Assembly (NCBI GenBank): GCA_029863385.1
Contig: JAOTVU010000002.1
Coordinates: 19 to 64,018 of the forward strand
Length of the DNA: 64,000 nucleotides
Direction: 5' to 3'
Source: Acidimicrobiia bacterium
GTDB lineage: Bacteria; Actinomycetota; Acidimicrobiia; Acidimicrobiales; SZUA-35
Below the pieces are notes generated by a model. The model did no database searches. It was not told the origin of the DNA and saw only the letters and a list, made by a program, of their open reading frames with translations. Each line of letters opens with the position of its first letter. The first letter of the stretch is position 1. Below, piece after piece: positions 17,837 to 27,240 of this stretch. The position numbers were made by a program, and so were the translations under genes.

Positions 17837-18871
17837 ATGCGCCAACTCCTGATCGCCGCCGTCATCGCCCTGGTCGCCGGCATGGCCTCGACCGGGCAAC
17901 TCACTGGAGAGTTCGACTCCATCGGTCCGACCGTGCAAACGCTCGAGGCACCGACCGGCCGCACCGTCGCCTATGTCGACGACGGCGACTCCGGAGACAC
18001 GCCGGTCGTGTTCTTTGGTGGATCGGGCACCAGTGTGCGGGTCATGAACCTGTTGGAGTTCGCCCACACCTTGCGAGGCGAACTCGGGCTGCGGCTCATT
18101 TCCGTCGAACGAAACGGCTTCGGTCAGACGGCGTTCGACCCGGCCCTCGGCTACACCGACTACGCCGAAGATGTGGAGGCCGTGCTCGATCATCTCGGTG
18201 TCGACGAGTTCATCGCCTTCGGCATCTCCGGCGGCTCGCCGTACCTGACCGAGTTCGTGTCCCGCAACGCCGATCGGGTGACGTCGATCCATCTGGCGTC
18301 GGCACTTTCCGAGGTTCCCGACGGTTCGTTCATCTGTGCGCTACCCGATGATCCCGCCACAGTTGCCTTCCTGGCTCAGAACCCGCAGGTGTGGTTCGCG
18401 TTCAGCCCCGACAGCCCGGTCCAGCAGGTGCCGGGCCTCCAGGACGAAGCCTATGACGACTCGGCCCGCACGTTCTTCATCGCCGGGCAGATGGGCTCAG
18501 CCGACCCGCTGATCCACGAGCTCGAGCTGTACTGCAACGAGCCCCTGGCCGACGTGTCGGGTGTCGACGCCCCGGTTCACCTCTACTACGGCGAAGACGA
18601 CACCACCACCCCGCCCGACTTCCACATCCCCGTCTGGCAGAATGCCTTCAGCAACGTGATCAACGTCCGCACCTATCCCGGGCTCGGCCACGACGCCCAG
18701 TACCGGCACTGGGACCAAATCATGGTCGACATGTCGACCCAGCGTACCGACCGGATTCTCGTGTGCCGGAAGGGCAAGACGAGCATCGTCGACGAGGCGA
18801 AGGCGGAGCGGCAACTGGCCGCCGGCGCCACCCTCGGGATGTGCGGCTGGGCGGGCGCAGGCGCCGGCTGA
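17837..18871 (+). CDS. secreted alpha/beta hydrolase
   Basis: Start at ATG 17837 after GAAGGGAAAAG. Signal-like MRQLLIAAVIALVAGMAS. Nucleophile elbow GISGGS. C-terminal GLGHD (His). Confidence 0.75.
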   Translation: MRQLLIAAVIALVAGMASTGQLTGEFDSIGPTVQTLEAPTGRTVAYVDDGDSGDTPVVFFGGSGTSVRVMNLLEFAHTLRGELGLRLISVERNGFGQTAFDPALGYTDYAEDVEAVLDHLGVDEFIAFGISGGSPYLTEFVSRNADRVTSIHLASALSEVPDGSFICALPDDPATVAFLAQNPQVWFAFSPDSPVQQVPGLQDEAYDDSARTFFIAGQMGSADPLIHELELYCNEPLADVSGVDAPVHLYYGEDDTTTPPDFHIPVWQNAFSNVINVRTYPGLGHDAQYRHWDQIMVDMSTQRTDRILVCRKGKTSIVDEAKAERQLAAGATLGMCGWAGAGAG

Positions 18872-18874
18872 CGG

Positions 18875-20338
18875 TTACCAGTCGGCGGCGATGTATTTGG
18901 TTTCGAGGAACTCGAGGAGGCCGTCGTGCGCCCCCTCCCGCCCCACACCCGACTGCTTGACGCCGCCGAACGGCGCCGCCGGATCGGAGATCAGACCCCG
19001 GTTGATGCCGACCATGCCGTACTCGATGGCCTCCGAGATCCGCATGGCCCGAGCCAGGTCGCCGGAGTAGACGTAGGAGGCGAGGCCGTAGATCGTGTCG
19101 TTGGCCAGCGCCACGGCGTCGTCGTCGGAGGCGAAGGTGGTGACGGGGGCGATCGGCCCGAAGATCTCCCGCCCCAGAACGGGATTGTCGGGGGCCACAC
19201 CGGTCAGGACCGTCGGCTCGAAGAAGAAGCCGGGGGAGCGGCCGGTGCCGCCGCCCGTACTCACCTGGGACCCGTTTCCGACGGCGACCTCGACCGATTC
19301 GGCCATGTCGTCCTGGGCGCGCTGATTGATCAGCGGACCGAGCTCCACACCCTCCTCGAGACCGGGACCGACCTTGAGGCCCTTCATCGCTTCGGTCAGT
19401 TGGCGGGTGAACTCGTCGGCCACCGCCTCATGGACCAGGAATCGGTTGGCGGCGATGCACGACTGCCCGCCATTACGTATCTTGGCGATCATGGCCCCTT
19501 CGATGGAGGCCTCGATGTCGGCGTCTTCACAGACGATGAACGGCGCGTTGCCGCCCAGTTCCATGGCCGTCTTGACCACCGTCTTGGCTGCTTCGCCGAG
19601 CAGGGTGCGACCTACCTCGGTCGACCCGGTGAACGAGACCATTCGGATCCGGTCGTCACCGAGGATGATGGGCACCACCTTTGACGACCGGTTCGACGGA
19701 AGAATGTTGAGCACGCCGTCGGGCAGTCCGGCCTCCGCCATCAGGCGCCCGAGCGCCAGCGCTGAAAGGGGCGTGTCCGACGCCGGCTTCAGGATCATGG
19801 TGCAGCCGGCTGCGATGGCGGGACCGATCTTGCGGGTGGCCATGGCCAGCGGGAAGTTCCAGGGCGTGATGAGCAGCGACGGGCCAACGGGCTGGTGAAT
19901 GGCGATGATGCGCTTGTCGCCACCGGGAGCGGTTGAGATCGATCCCAGGTTGCGCACCGCCTCACCGGCGTACCAGCGGTAGAACTCGGCGGCGTAGGCC
20001 ACCTCCCCGGCCGCCTCGCCGAGGGCTTTGCCCATCTCCTGGACGACCAGTTCGGCCAGTGTGTCCTTGCGTTCGATCATCAGGTTGAAGGCCCGCATCA
20101 GGATTTCGGCCCTCTCTCGGGGCGCGGTGGCCGCCCACGATTCCTGGGCTTCGGCGGCGGCGTCGACGGCCGCTTTGGCGTCGTCTTCTGCGCCACTCGC
20201 CACCGTCGCCAACGAATCGGCGGTCGACGGGTCCAGCACATCGATGCGGTTCCCGTCCGACGCTTCGCGCCACTCGCCACCGATGTACAACTGGGTGGCG
20301 CCGGAGTTGGTCAGCTCATCAAGCAGGCTCATGGGCAC
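18875..20338 (-). CDS. gabD: NAD(P)-dependent succinate-semialdehyde dehydrogenase (aldehyde dehydrogenase family)
   Basis: 487 aa with ALDH motifs: ITPWNFP, FTGSTEVG, MELGGNAP, GQSCIAANR, EEPFGP-like EIFGPIAP. Confidence 0.8.
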   Translation of the reverse strand: MPMSLLDELTNSGATQLYIGGEWREASDGNRIDVLDPSTADSLATVASGAEDDAKAAVDAAAEAQESWAATAPRERAEILMRAFNLMIERKDTLAELVVQEMGKALGEAAGEVAYAAEFYRWYAGEAVRNLGSISTAPGGDKRIIAIHQPVGPSLLITPWNFPLAMATRKIGPAIAAGCTMILKPASDTPLSALALGRLMAEAGLPDGVLNILPSNRSSKVVPIILGDDRIRMVSFTGSTEVGRTLLGEAAKTVVKTAMELGGNAPFIVCEDADIEASIEGAMIAKIRNGGQSCIAANRFLVHEAVADEFTRQLTEAMKGLKVGPGLEEGVELGPLINQRAQDDMAESVEVAVGNGSQVSTGGGTGRSPGFFFEPTVLTGVAPDNPVLGREIFGPIAPVTTFASDDDAVALANDTIYGLASYVYSGDLARAMRISEAIEYGMVGINRGLISDPAAPFGGVKQSGVGREGAHDGLLEFLETKYIAADW

Positions 20339-20394
20339 AACCGTACCCTGAAACCTGGGATCCGAACCATGGCCGGCGCAGTCGGCCTGCTCCC

Positions 20395-21873
20395 CTACTC
20401 GTAGCCCGGCGGCACCTGGTAGCCGCCGAGTTCACGCTCCATCAGCGCGGCGAAGGCGATGGCCGAGTAGTCCTGCAGGTGACCGGTCACGATCTGCAGC
20501 CCGCACGGCAGACCCGACGCCGTCAATCCCGCCGTGGCGACCGCGCCGGGTAGGTACACGCCACAGGACCAGCCCGCCCAGAACAGCTGATCGATGGTCG
20601 ACTCCCGGTCGCCGTTCACGGGAATCGTGCGGTCGGCCCTGTTGCCTTGTTGATCATGGGGGTAGGCGGCCGACGCCGCGGTCGGGCACAGGAGCATGTC
20701 GTAGTCGGTGAAGAACTCGGCCCAGGCGTGCTGTTGGTGCGTCCGCTCCCTATGCAGCGCGGCCCACTCCCAGTGCGACATCGTGATCGAGTGACCGACG
20801 ATGGCCTGGTAGTCGCGATCCCCGTCGGCATAGCGAGCGGCCGGGCGTTTCATCGCCTCGAACTTGTCGAGCGGGGACTCGGTGCCGGTGGCCGCTCGCA
20901 GCAACATGAGATAAACCTCGTGGCTGCGTTCGATGTCGATATCCGGCCGGCCGTCGTGGTCAACCTTCACACCGAGCGACGCCAGCGCCTCGACGGTGGC
21001 CGCCAGCTGATCGGTCAGCTCCTGGTCCTGCATCACGCACGGGCTCTCCAGCATCACAGCGGCCCGAATCTCCTCGGGTCGGGTCCAGGTCGGCTCCGGT
21101 AGGTCGAGTCGCCAACCGGCGGCGTCGAGCCCACCGGCCCCGGCCACGGTGTCGAGCCCGAGCCGCAGATCGGAGGCGGAGCGGGCGAGCGGCCCGCCGA
21201 CGCCTATGTCGAGCTCGGTCGGATCCCCCGGAGCGCCGTGACCCGCCGTCGGCACCAATCCGTAGGTCGGCTTGTGGCCGAACACGCCGCAGTAGTGGGC
21301 CGGGTTGCGGATCGAGGCGCCGATGTCGGACCCAACCTCCAGCGCCGTCATCCCGGTGGCCAGCGCCGCGGCCGAGCCGCCCGACGAGCCGCCGGGCATC
21401 CGATCGAGATCCCACGGGTTGTTGGTGGTGCCGTAGACCGGATTGAACGTCTGCCAGTCGGCCATGCCAACCGGGATGTTGGTCTTGCCGTAGATGATCG
21501 CTCCGGCGTCAAGGAGCCGATCGACCACCTCGCAGTTGCGCTCGGGACGCCAGTCGACTCGATCCTCGTAGCCCGACGTCGACGGCGTGCCGACCCAGTC
21601 CCACGGTTCCTTGATCGTGATCGGCACGCCGTGCAGCGGACCCCACGACTCGCCTCTGGCGGTCGCCTCATCGGCGGCCTGTGCCCTGGCCTCGGCCTCC
21701 TCGATGCGGGTCACGACAACGGCGTTGATCGCCGGGTTGAACCGGTGGTACCGGCCGATCACGGCGGCCAGCAGCTCGCGGGCCGAGATCTCACCGTTGC
21801 GGACGGCGGCCGCCTGATCGCCCGCGCTCCGCAGGGTGATGTCGAGTCGGTTCACGGTTGCCGGATCGGTCAT
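20395..21873 (-). CDS. amidase (amidase-signature family)
   Basis: Start at ATG 21873 (MTDPATVNRL...). GGSSGGSAAALA signature and GSDIGASIRNPA. Confidence 0.85.
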   Translation of the reverse strand: MTDPATVNRLDITLRSAGDQAAAVRNGEISARELLAAVIGRYHRFNPAINAVVVTRIEEAEARAQAADEATARGESWGPLHGVPITIKEPWDWVGTPSTSGYEDRVDWRPERNCEVVDRLLDAGAIIYGKTNIPVGMADWQTFNPVYGTTNNPWDLDRMPGGSSGGSAAALATGMTALEVGSDIGASIRNPAHYCGVFGHKPTYGLVPTAGHGAPGDPTELDIGVGGPLARSASDLRLGLDTVAGAGGLDAAGWRLDLPEPTWTRPEEIRAAVMLESPCVMQDQELTDQLAATVEALASLGVKVDHDGRPDIDIERSHEVYLMLLRAATGTESPLDKFEAMKRPAARYADGDRDYQAIVGHSITMSHWEWAALHRERTHQQHAWAEFFTDYDMLLCPTAASAAYPHDQQGNRADRTIPVNGDRESTIDQLFWAGWSCGVYLPGAVATAGLTASGLPCGLQIVTGHLQDYSAIAFAALMERELGGYQVPPGYE

Positions 21874-22048
21874 GCCACGAATCTTCCCGTCACCGGTCCC
21901 GATCGTCAAACCAGCGAAGCCTGCGGCCGTCACGACTGAGTATTTCAACTCACCGCGGGCACCGGACCGCCCGGGCACCTATCGTGGGGCGTGTCCACAT
22001 CCGGAGTGATGGTGGCGGAGGCGGGACGACCGGAAGAGGGAATCACCC

Positions 22049-23047
22049 ATGAAATTGTCAACGACCTTGAGGCGGGCGAGCGGCCTCACCGTGCTCGTGC
22101 TGCTGGTGCTCGGAGTTTCGGCCCAGGTTGCGGCCGCACCACCGGAAGCGCCGACCGTCACCGAGGTCATCAACTTCTCCACCGGTGATCCCGCCACCGA
22201 TCCCGGCACCGAGGGCATCGCCGTGGCGGCCGACGGCACCATCTACGTTTCGGCCAATACCGCCGACGGCGGTCAGATCTGGGCTGTCCCCCCGGGCGCC
22301 ACATCGCCGCAGGTCGTCGCCACCCTGATCCCTCCCACCGGCGGGGCCGGCTTCGGTGTGCTCGGTCTGCATCTCGATGGCGACGATCTCCTCGCCGCGG
22401 TCAACACGTTCGCCAATCCCGATCTCAACGGCGTGTGGCGGGTCGACACCGCATCGGGGGTGGCCACCCACATCCCCGGCACCGAGGCCATCGTCCTGCC
22501 CAACGACCTGACCACCTGGGCCGGCGACATCTATGTGACCGATTCGTTGAGTGGGGCGGTCTGGATCGTCACCGCTGATGGTTACGTCGAACCGTGGCTG
22601 CAGAGCGACCTCCTGGCCGGGCTCGGTCTGGCCATTCCCGGTGTGCCGATCGGGGCCAACGGCATCGACGCTTTCGGCGGCAAGCTCTACATCGCCAACC
22701 TCGAGAAGAGCCTCATCGTCGAGGTCCGTATCAACGGTCATGGGCAGGGAGCCGAGCCGACCGTACTGGCAACGGTGAACGGACTTCCCGACGGCCTGGA
22801 GGTCGACCATCGAGGCAGGCCTCACATCGTACTGCTCGACCAGGCCAAGCTGGTTCGCATCGGCGCCGACGGATCGTCGACCGTGCTGGCGGAAGGCGTG
22901 GACGTGTTCGACGCCCCATCCAGCCTGACGTTCGGTCAACGGCGGGATCACAAATCGATCTACGTGGTCAACTTCTCGATCGCTGAGATGTTCCCCGATG
23001 CGTTCCTGCAATCCGACCTCGGCCCGGGTGTCGTGGTCTACCGCTGA
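22049..23047 (+). CDS. secreted six-bladed beta-propeller protein (SMP-30/gluconolactonase/strictosidine-synthase-like)
   Basis: Signal peptide MKLSTTLRRASGLTVLVLLVLGVSAQVAAA. Repeated blade-like segments (EGIAVAADGTIYVS, GDIYVTDS, NGIDAFGGKLYIAN, PDGLEVDHRGRPHIV). Confidence 0.6.
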   Translation: MKLSTTLRRASGLTVLVLLVLGVSAQVAAAPPEAPTVTEVINFSTGDPATDPGTEGIAVAADGTIYVSANTADGGQIWAVPPGATSPQVVATLIPPTGGAGFGVLGLHLDGDDLLAAVNTFANPDLNGVWRVDTASGVATHIPGTEAIVLPNDLTTWAGDIYVTDSLSGAVWIVTADGYVEPWLQSDLLAGLGLAIPGVPIGANGIDAFGGKLYIANLEKSLIVEVRINGHGQGAEPTVLATVNGLPDGLEVDHRGRPHIVLLDQAKLVRIGADGSSTVLAEGVDVFDAPSSLTFGQRRDHKSIYVVNFSIAEMFPDAFLQSDLGPGVVVYR

Positions 23048-23068
23048 CGCTCGGCCGAGCCTGCGTCG

Positions 23069-24688
23069 TCAACCCACGTCCCGGCGGGTGAACATCACCA
23101 TGCCGCCGGCGAAGGTGGCCAACCCGATGGCCGTCAGCACCACAATCGCCGTCGCGCCCTGGTCGCCGCCGGGAAGGTGGGTGACGTGGCGCAGCGGCGA
23201 CACGTTGAGCGCCATGTCCGGCAGTCGGACCAGCTCACCGAAGAGAAAGACGAACGTGGTGACGGCGAACGCCAGCCAGACGCCGAGGGTGTACTCCTTG
23301 GCCAGTCCGTAGAGCAGCACGCCGACACCGGCCACCGCCCAAAGCGCCGGAGTGCGGGCGAGCGCCGCGCCGAGCACCCCACCGACGTCGGTCATCCGAC
23401 CGGTGATCGCCCCGTCGGCCGCCACCACCGACAACCCGGCGATCACCATGAACACCGGTGCCGCCACGATCGACAGGAGGAGATGGGCACCCAACCAGCG
23501 GGTGCGGGACACATGACCGGCCAGTACCGGTTCGGCCCGGCCGGCCAACTCCTCACCCCGGGGGCGGAGCATCGACTGGATGACGCCGGCCCCGGCGATC
23601 AACGCGATCATCGACAGAATGAGCGTGAGGAACCCGTCGCGGATGGCGTCACCACTCATGCCCATCTGTTCGAGCACGTCGCGCATGGACTCCATCTCCT
23701 CGACGAACGACTCGATCTCGCTCAGCACCGACCCGTAGGTGGCACTCATGAAGGCGATGCCGATACACCACCAGGCCAGCGTCGTGCGCTGTAGCCGCCA
23801 GGCCAGCCCGAAGGCGGAGAGCAGTGACGGGGCCGCGGCCGCCGGCCCCGGTCGCTGGTCGATCAGTCCGGCGCCGACGTCACGGCGCAGGACCAGCATG
23901 ATCGCGACGCCGAACGCAGCGGCGATGGCGGCGAGGAGCACGGCGAGCGGCCAGAACACGGTGTCGCCGAACGGGTTGATGGCTTGCGACCAACCGATCG
24001 GCGAGAAGTACGACAGTCCGTTCTCCTGGACGTCCCCCACCGCACGGAGCGCGAAGGCCACGGCGATCACCGCCAGCGACGCGCCGGTGGCGGCTCGTCC
24101 GTATTCGAAGACCTGCACCCAGATCAGCGCCACGGCGGCGAACACCATCCCGCACAGCCCGAGGGCCGCGCCGAACAGGAACGACCGACCGGGATCGAGC
24201 CCGTCGGCGCTGAACACAACGGTGGTGACGAGCGCGATGAGGAGGTTGGCGGCCACGGCGACGATGCCGACGGCGGCGATCGAACTCCACGGTCCGACCG
24301 ATGCGGCCCGCACCAGCTCGGCCCGCCCCGACTCCTCCTCGGCCCTGGTGTGACGGCCGATGAGCAGCACGTTCATCAGGCCGATGATGGCAAAGGTGAA
24401 CGCCCCGATCTCGAAGGCATAGCGTCCACCGAAGGTGTCGAGGGCGTCGGGTGGTCCCTGCAAGGCCACCGAAGCCCCGCTGTTTCCGACGAGCACCGCC
24501 TGTTGGGCGAGCACCACTTCCGGGGTCACACCCTGGGTTTCGGCCTCGGTGCTGGTCACCGCCCGCAACGAGATCGGTGTGATGACGATGAGGAAACAAA
24601 CACCGATCAGCCAGAGCGAGAGTTTGATCCGGTCGAGCCGCAGGATCAGCCGGATCAGTTCTCCCGTCCGGGCGAAGCCGCTTTTCAC
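23069..24688 (-). CDS. ABC-2-type exporter permease
   Basis: 539 aa with about 12 hydrophobic segments in two halves. ATGA-type overlap with the upstream ATPase gene. Confidence 0.7.
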   Translation of the reverse strand: MKSGFARTGELIRLILRLDRIKLSLWLIGVCFLIVITPISLRAVTSTEAETQGVTPEVVLAQQAVLVGNSGASVALQGPPDALDTFGGRYAFEIGAFTFAIIGLMNVLLIGRHTRAEEESGRAELVRAASVGPWSSIAAVGIVAVAANLLIALVTTVVFSADGLDPGRSFLFGAALGLCGMVFAAVALIWVQVFEYGRAATGASLAVIAVAFALRAVGDVQENGLSYFSPIGWSQAINPFGDTVFWPLAVLLAAIAAAFGVAIMLVLRRDVGAGLIDQRPGPAAAAPSLLSAFGLAWRLQRTTLAWWCIGIAFMSATYGSVLSEIESFVEEMESMRDVLEQMGMSGDAIRDGFLTLILSMIALIAGAGVIQSMLRPRGEELAGRAEPVLAGHVSRTRWLGAHLLLSIVAAPVFMVIAGLSVVAADGAITGRMTDVGGVLGAALARTPALWAVAGVGVLLYGLAKEYTLGVWLAFAVTTFVFLFGELVRLPDMALNVSPLRHVTHLPGGDQGATAIVVLTAIGLATFAGGMVMFTRRDVG

Positions 24689-25677
24689 AGCCCGGCCGCC
24701 GCTTCGTTCGACGCCCCGCCGCTCGGCAAGTCGATTTCAGAGGAGCCGCTTGGCGAGTCAATCGCATAGTGGCGCATGAAAAGCTCTTCGAGCGTGGGCG
24801 GCTGGCTCTCCAGAGCCTCGATACCGAGCTCGGACAGGGCCGACAGCACAGGGCCGAGGCTGTCGTTGGCCACCGAAAAGGACGCCCGATGGTGGTTGTG
24901 CCCGAGGAAGTCGGTCACACCCTCGTGATCGGCGATCGTCGCTATCGGTGTGGCGGTCGTGGCCCTGATCGACGTCCTCGTCAGATGCCGCAGCTCCGTC
25001 AGTGTCCCGGTCTCCACCGTTCGGCCGTCGCGGATGATGGTGACCCGATCGCACAGCGACTCAACTTCGGCCAGAATGTGGCTCGACAGCAGCACGGTCT
25101 TCCCGTCGTCGAGCTGCTCCCGCACGACGTCCTGAAACACCGATTCCATCAGGGGATCGAGACCTGCGGTCGGTTCGTCGAGGACGAAGAGCTCAGCGTT
25201 GCCGGCGAGTGCGGCGACCAGCGCCACCTTCTGTCGGTTGCCCTTCGAGTAGGTTCGGCCCTTCTTGGTGGGGTCGAGGTCGAACCGTTCGATCATCTCC
25301 GTCCGACGTTTCTGGTCGAGCCCCGACCCCAATCGTCCCAGCAGGTCGATCGTCTCACCACCGGAGAGTCCGGGCCACAGGTTCACATCACCCGGGACAT
25401 AGGCGATCCGACGGTGGAGTTCGACGGCGTCGGCCCACGGGTCGCCACCGAGGAGTTCGACGTGGCCGGCGTCCTGACGAAGCAGACCCATCAGGACCCG
25501 GATGGTGGTCGACTTGCCGGAGCCATTGGGCCCGAGGAATCCCATCACCTCGCCCCGTTCGACGTGCAGGTTCAGCCCGTCGAGCGCTCTCGTCGCCCCG
25601 AACGCCTTGTGCAGGTTCTCGATGTGGATGACGGATTGGTTGTTGCTGTTCATGCTGGAGCCCCTGGAGGTGTTCAT
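24685..25677 (-). CDS. ABC transporter ATP-binding protein
   Basis: Walker A GPNGSGKST, signature LSGGE-like YSKGNRQKV, Walker B LFVLDEPTAGLD, H-loop LLSSH. Confidence 0.9.
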   Translation of the reverse strand: MNTSRGSSMNSNNQSVIHIENLHKAFGATRALDGLNLHVERGEVMGFLGPNGSGKSTTIRVLMGLLRQDAGHVELLGGDPWADAVELHRRIAYVPGDVNLWPGLSGGETIDLLGRLGSGLDQKRRTEMIERFDLDPTKKGRTYSKGNRQKVALVAALAGNAELFVLDEPTAGLDPLMESVFQDVVREQLDDGKTVLLSSHILAEVESLCDRVTIIRDGRTVETGTLTELRHLTRTSIRATTATPIATIADHEGVTDFLGHNHHRASFSVANDSLGPVLSALSELGIEALESQPPTLEELFMRHYAIDSPSGSSEIDLPSGGASNEAAAGL

Positions 25678-25948
25678 CGTCGTTGATGCCCGCTCTCGAA
25701 CCCTCGAATGGCGGTCTCGAACGGTGCGTGGCCGACGTTTCCGATCCTAGTGTTGTGGTCGCATCCTGACCCGGCCGCCGCCGAACTGTGGCGCGAACAT
25801 CACCCGGAGGCGGCGTCGGATCCGAGGGCTGCCCGGACTGGCGCCGCGGTGCCCGACGCCACCACCAGGGCCGCTCCAGGGCCTGTCGGCCGTATGGGGT
25901 TGCCGGCGCCTCGTCTGCCGAACGCCGGTGGCTGGAACACCCGAGGGA

Positions 25949-26866
25949 TCAGCCAGCGGTGGCCAGAGCAGGAACCGGCTTGCGTGCTTGCGTCGGCTGG
26001 GTGGCCTCGGCCCAGGGGTTGCCGGAGAGGTACTTCCACCCGGCGTCGGGCAGCAGCATCACCGCCGTGCCACCGTGGTTCTGCAGATACTCGACGGCGG
26101 CGTGGATGATCGCGCCCGACGACGTGCCGACGAAGTGACCCTCGGTGTTCATCGTGATGAGCACCATGTCCTCGGCCGTCTTCTTCCGGATCTGGTGGCG
26201 CCGGTCGACCAGTGACAGGTCGGCGACCGGCGGCTGGAACGGATCCTCCTGGCTACGCATCCCGCCGATCGGATCGTCCATGAACTCCTCGACCGAGTGA
26301 ACCTGAATGTCGGGATGGAAACGCTTCATGGCCCGACTGTTGCCGGTGAGCGTGCCACCGGTGCCGTAGGCGCAGAAGAGGTGGTCGGGGGGAGCCTCGA
26401 GCGGCCAGTCGCGCTGGATCTCCAGCGAGGTCCCGAACTCATGGGACGCGGGGTTGGCCGGGTTGCCGTACTGGTAGCACATGTAGCCGTGGCCCTCGTC
26501 GACCAGGTGGCGGGCGTACGCGATGGCGTCGTTCGGTCCGCCGTCGACCTCGATGAGATCGGCCCCGTAGGCACGCAGCAACTGCTTGCGTTCCTCGGTG
26601 GACTTGGCCGGGAGGCAGATCGTCATCGGGTGCTTGTTGATGAGGGCGATGCGGGCCAGCCCGATGCCGGTGTTGCCCGATGTGGCCTCGATCAACGGCA
26701 TGCCCGGCAGGAGTTTGCCGTCGTCGACCGCCTGGTGGAACATGCGCCACGCCGGCCGGTCCTTGATCGATCCGGTGGGGTTGTACCATTCCAGCTTGGC
26801 GAACAGTCGGGTTCCTTTTGGCGCCAGCTCACGGAACTCGACGAGCGGTGTGTTTCCTGGCTTCAT
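25949..26866 (-). CDS. cysteine synthase family PLP enzyme (CysK/CysM-like)
   Basis: NPTGSIKDRPA (PLP lysine), TSGNTGIGLA, GTGGTLTG. Confidence 0.85.
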   Translation of the reverse strand: MKPGNTPLVEFRELAPKGTRLFAKLEWYNPTGSIKDRPAWRMFHQAVDDGKLLPGMPLIEATSGNTGIGLARIALINKHPMTICLPAKSTEERKQLLRAYGADLIEVDGGPNDAIAYARHLVDEGHGYMCYQYGNPANPASHEFGTSLEIQRDWPLEAPPDHLFCAYGTGGTLTGNSRAMKRFHPDIQVHSVEEFMDDPIGGMRSQEDPFQPPVADLSLVDRRHQIRKKTAEDMVLITMNTEGHFVGTSSGAIIHAAVEYLQNHGGTAVMLLPDAGWKYLSGNPWAEATQPTQARKPVPALATAG

Positions 26867-27240
26867 GGTGCAACCACGTCCTCATGTTGTTGTCGATCCG
26901 CCGTCTCGGCGGACGAATTATCGACAAAGTCCATATATCCGACCAGATTACTCATATTTTAACCCGGCACCCCACAACGTTGTTCCGTGACGTCAGACAC
27001 AGGCCGTTGGCCGGGTCAGCCGCCGGCAAAGTCGGACGCTCCGGTCACGACACCGAACCGAGGGCGGGGGTGCTGGGGGTGGGGGAACCGTGGTGCACCC
27101 CTGCCCTCGGCCGGTCGATCAGGTGGCCTCTTGTGTAAGGAGGGAGCGGGAAGGTTCGGAGATACGGGTGATTTCACCAAGCCGGTTCGTCGCTGACGGG
27201 ACGTCGGTTTTCGGCACCGGCGCTGCCATCGTTGGTTCCT

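Noticed and set aside
27090-27240. Possible riboswitch (glycine, SAM or other) in the long leader upstream of the threonine aldolase gene.
   Set aside because: I could not find the conserved cores I know, such as the ACCGAAGGGGCAA-type glycine motif or the SAM-I/II/IV signatures. I could only have flagged the region on its length. An Infernal/Rfam scan would be needed to settle this.
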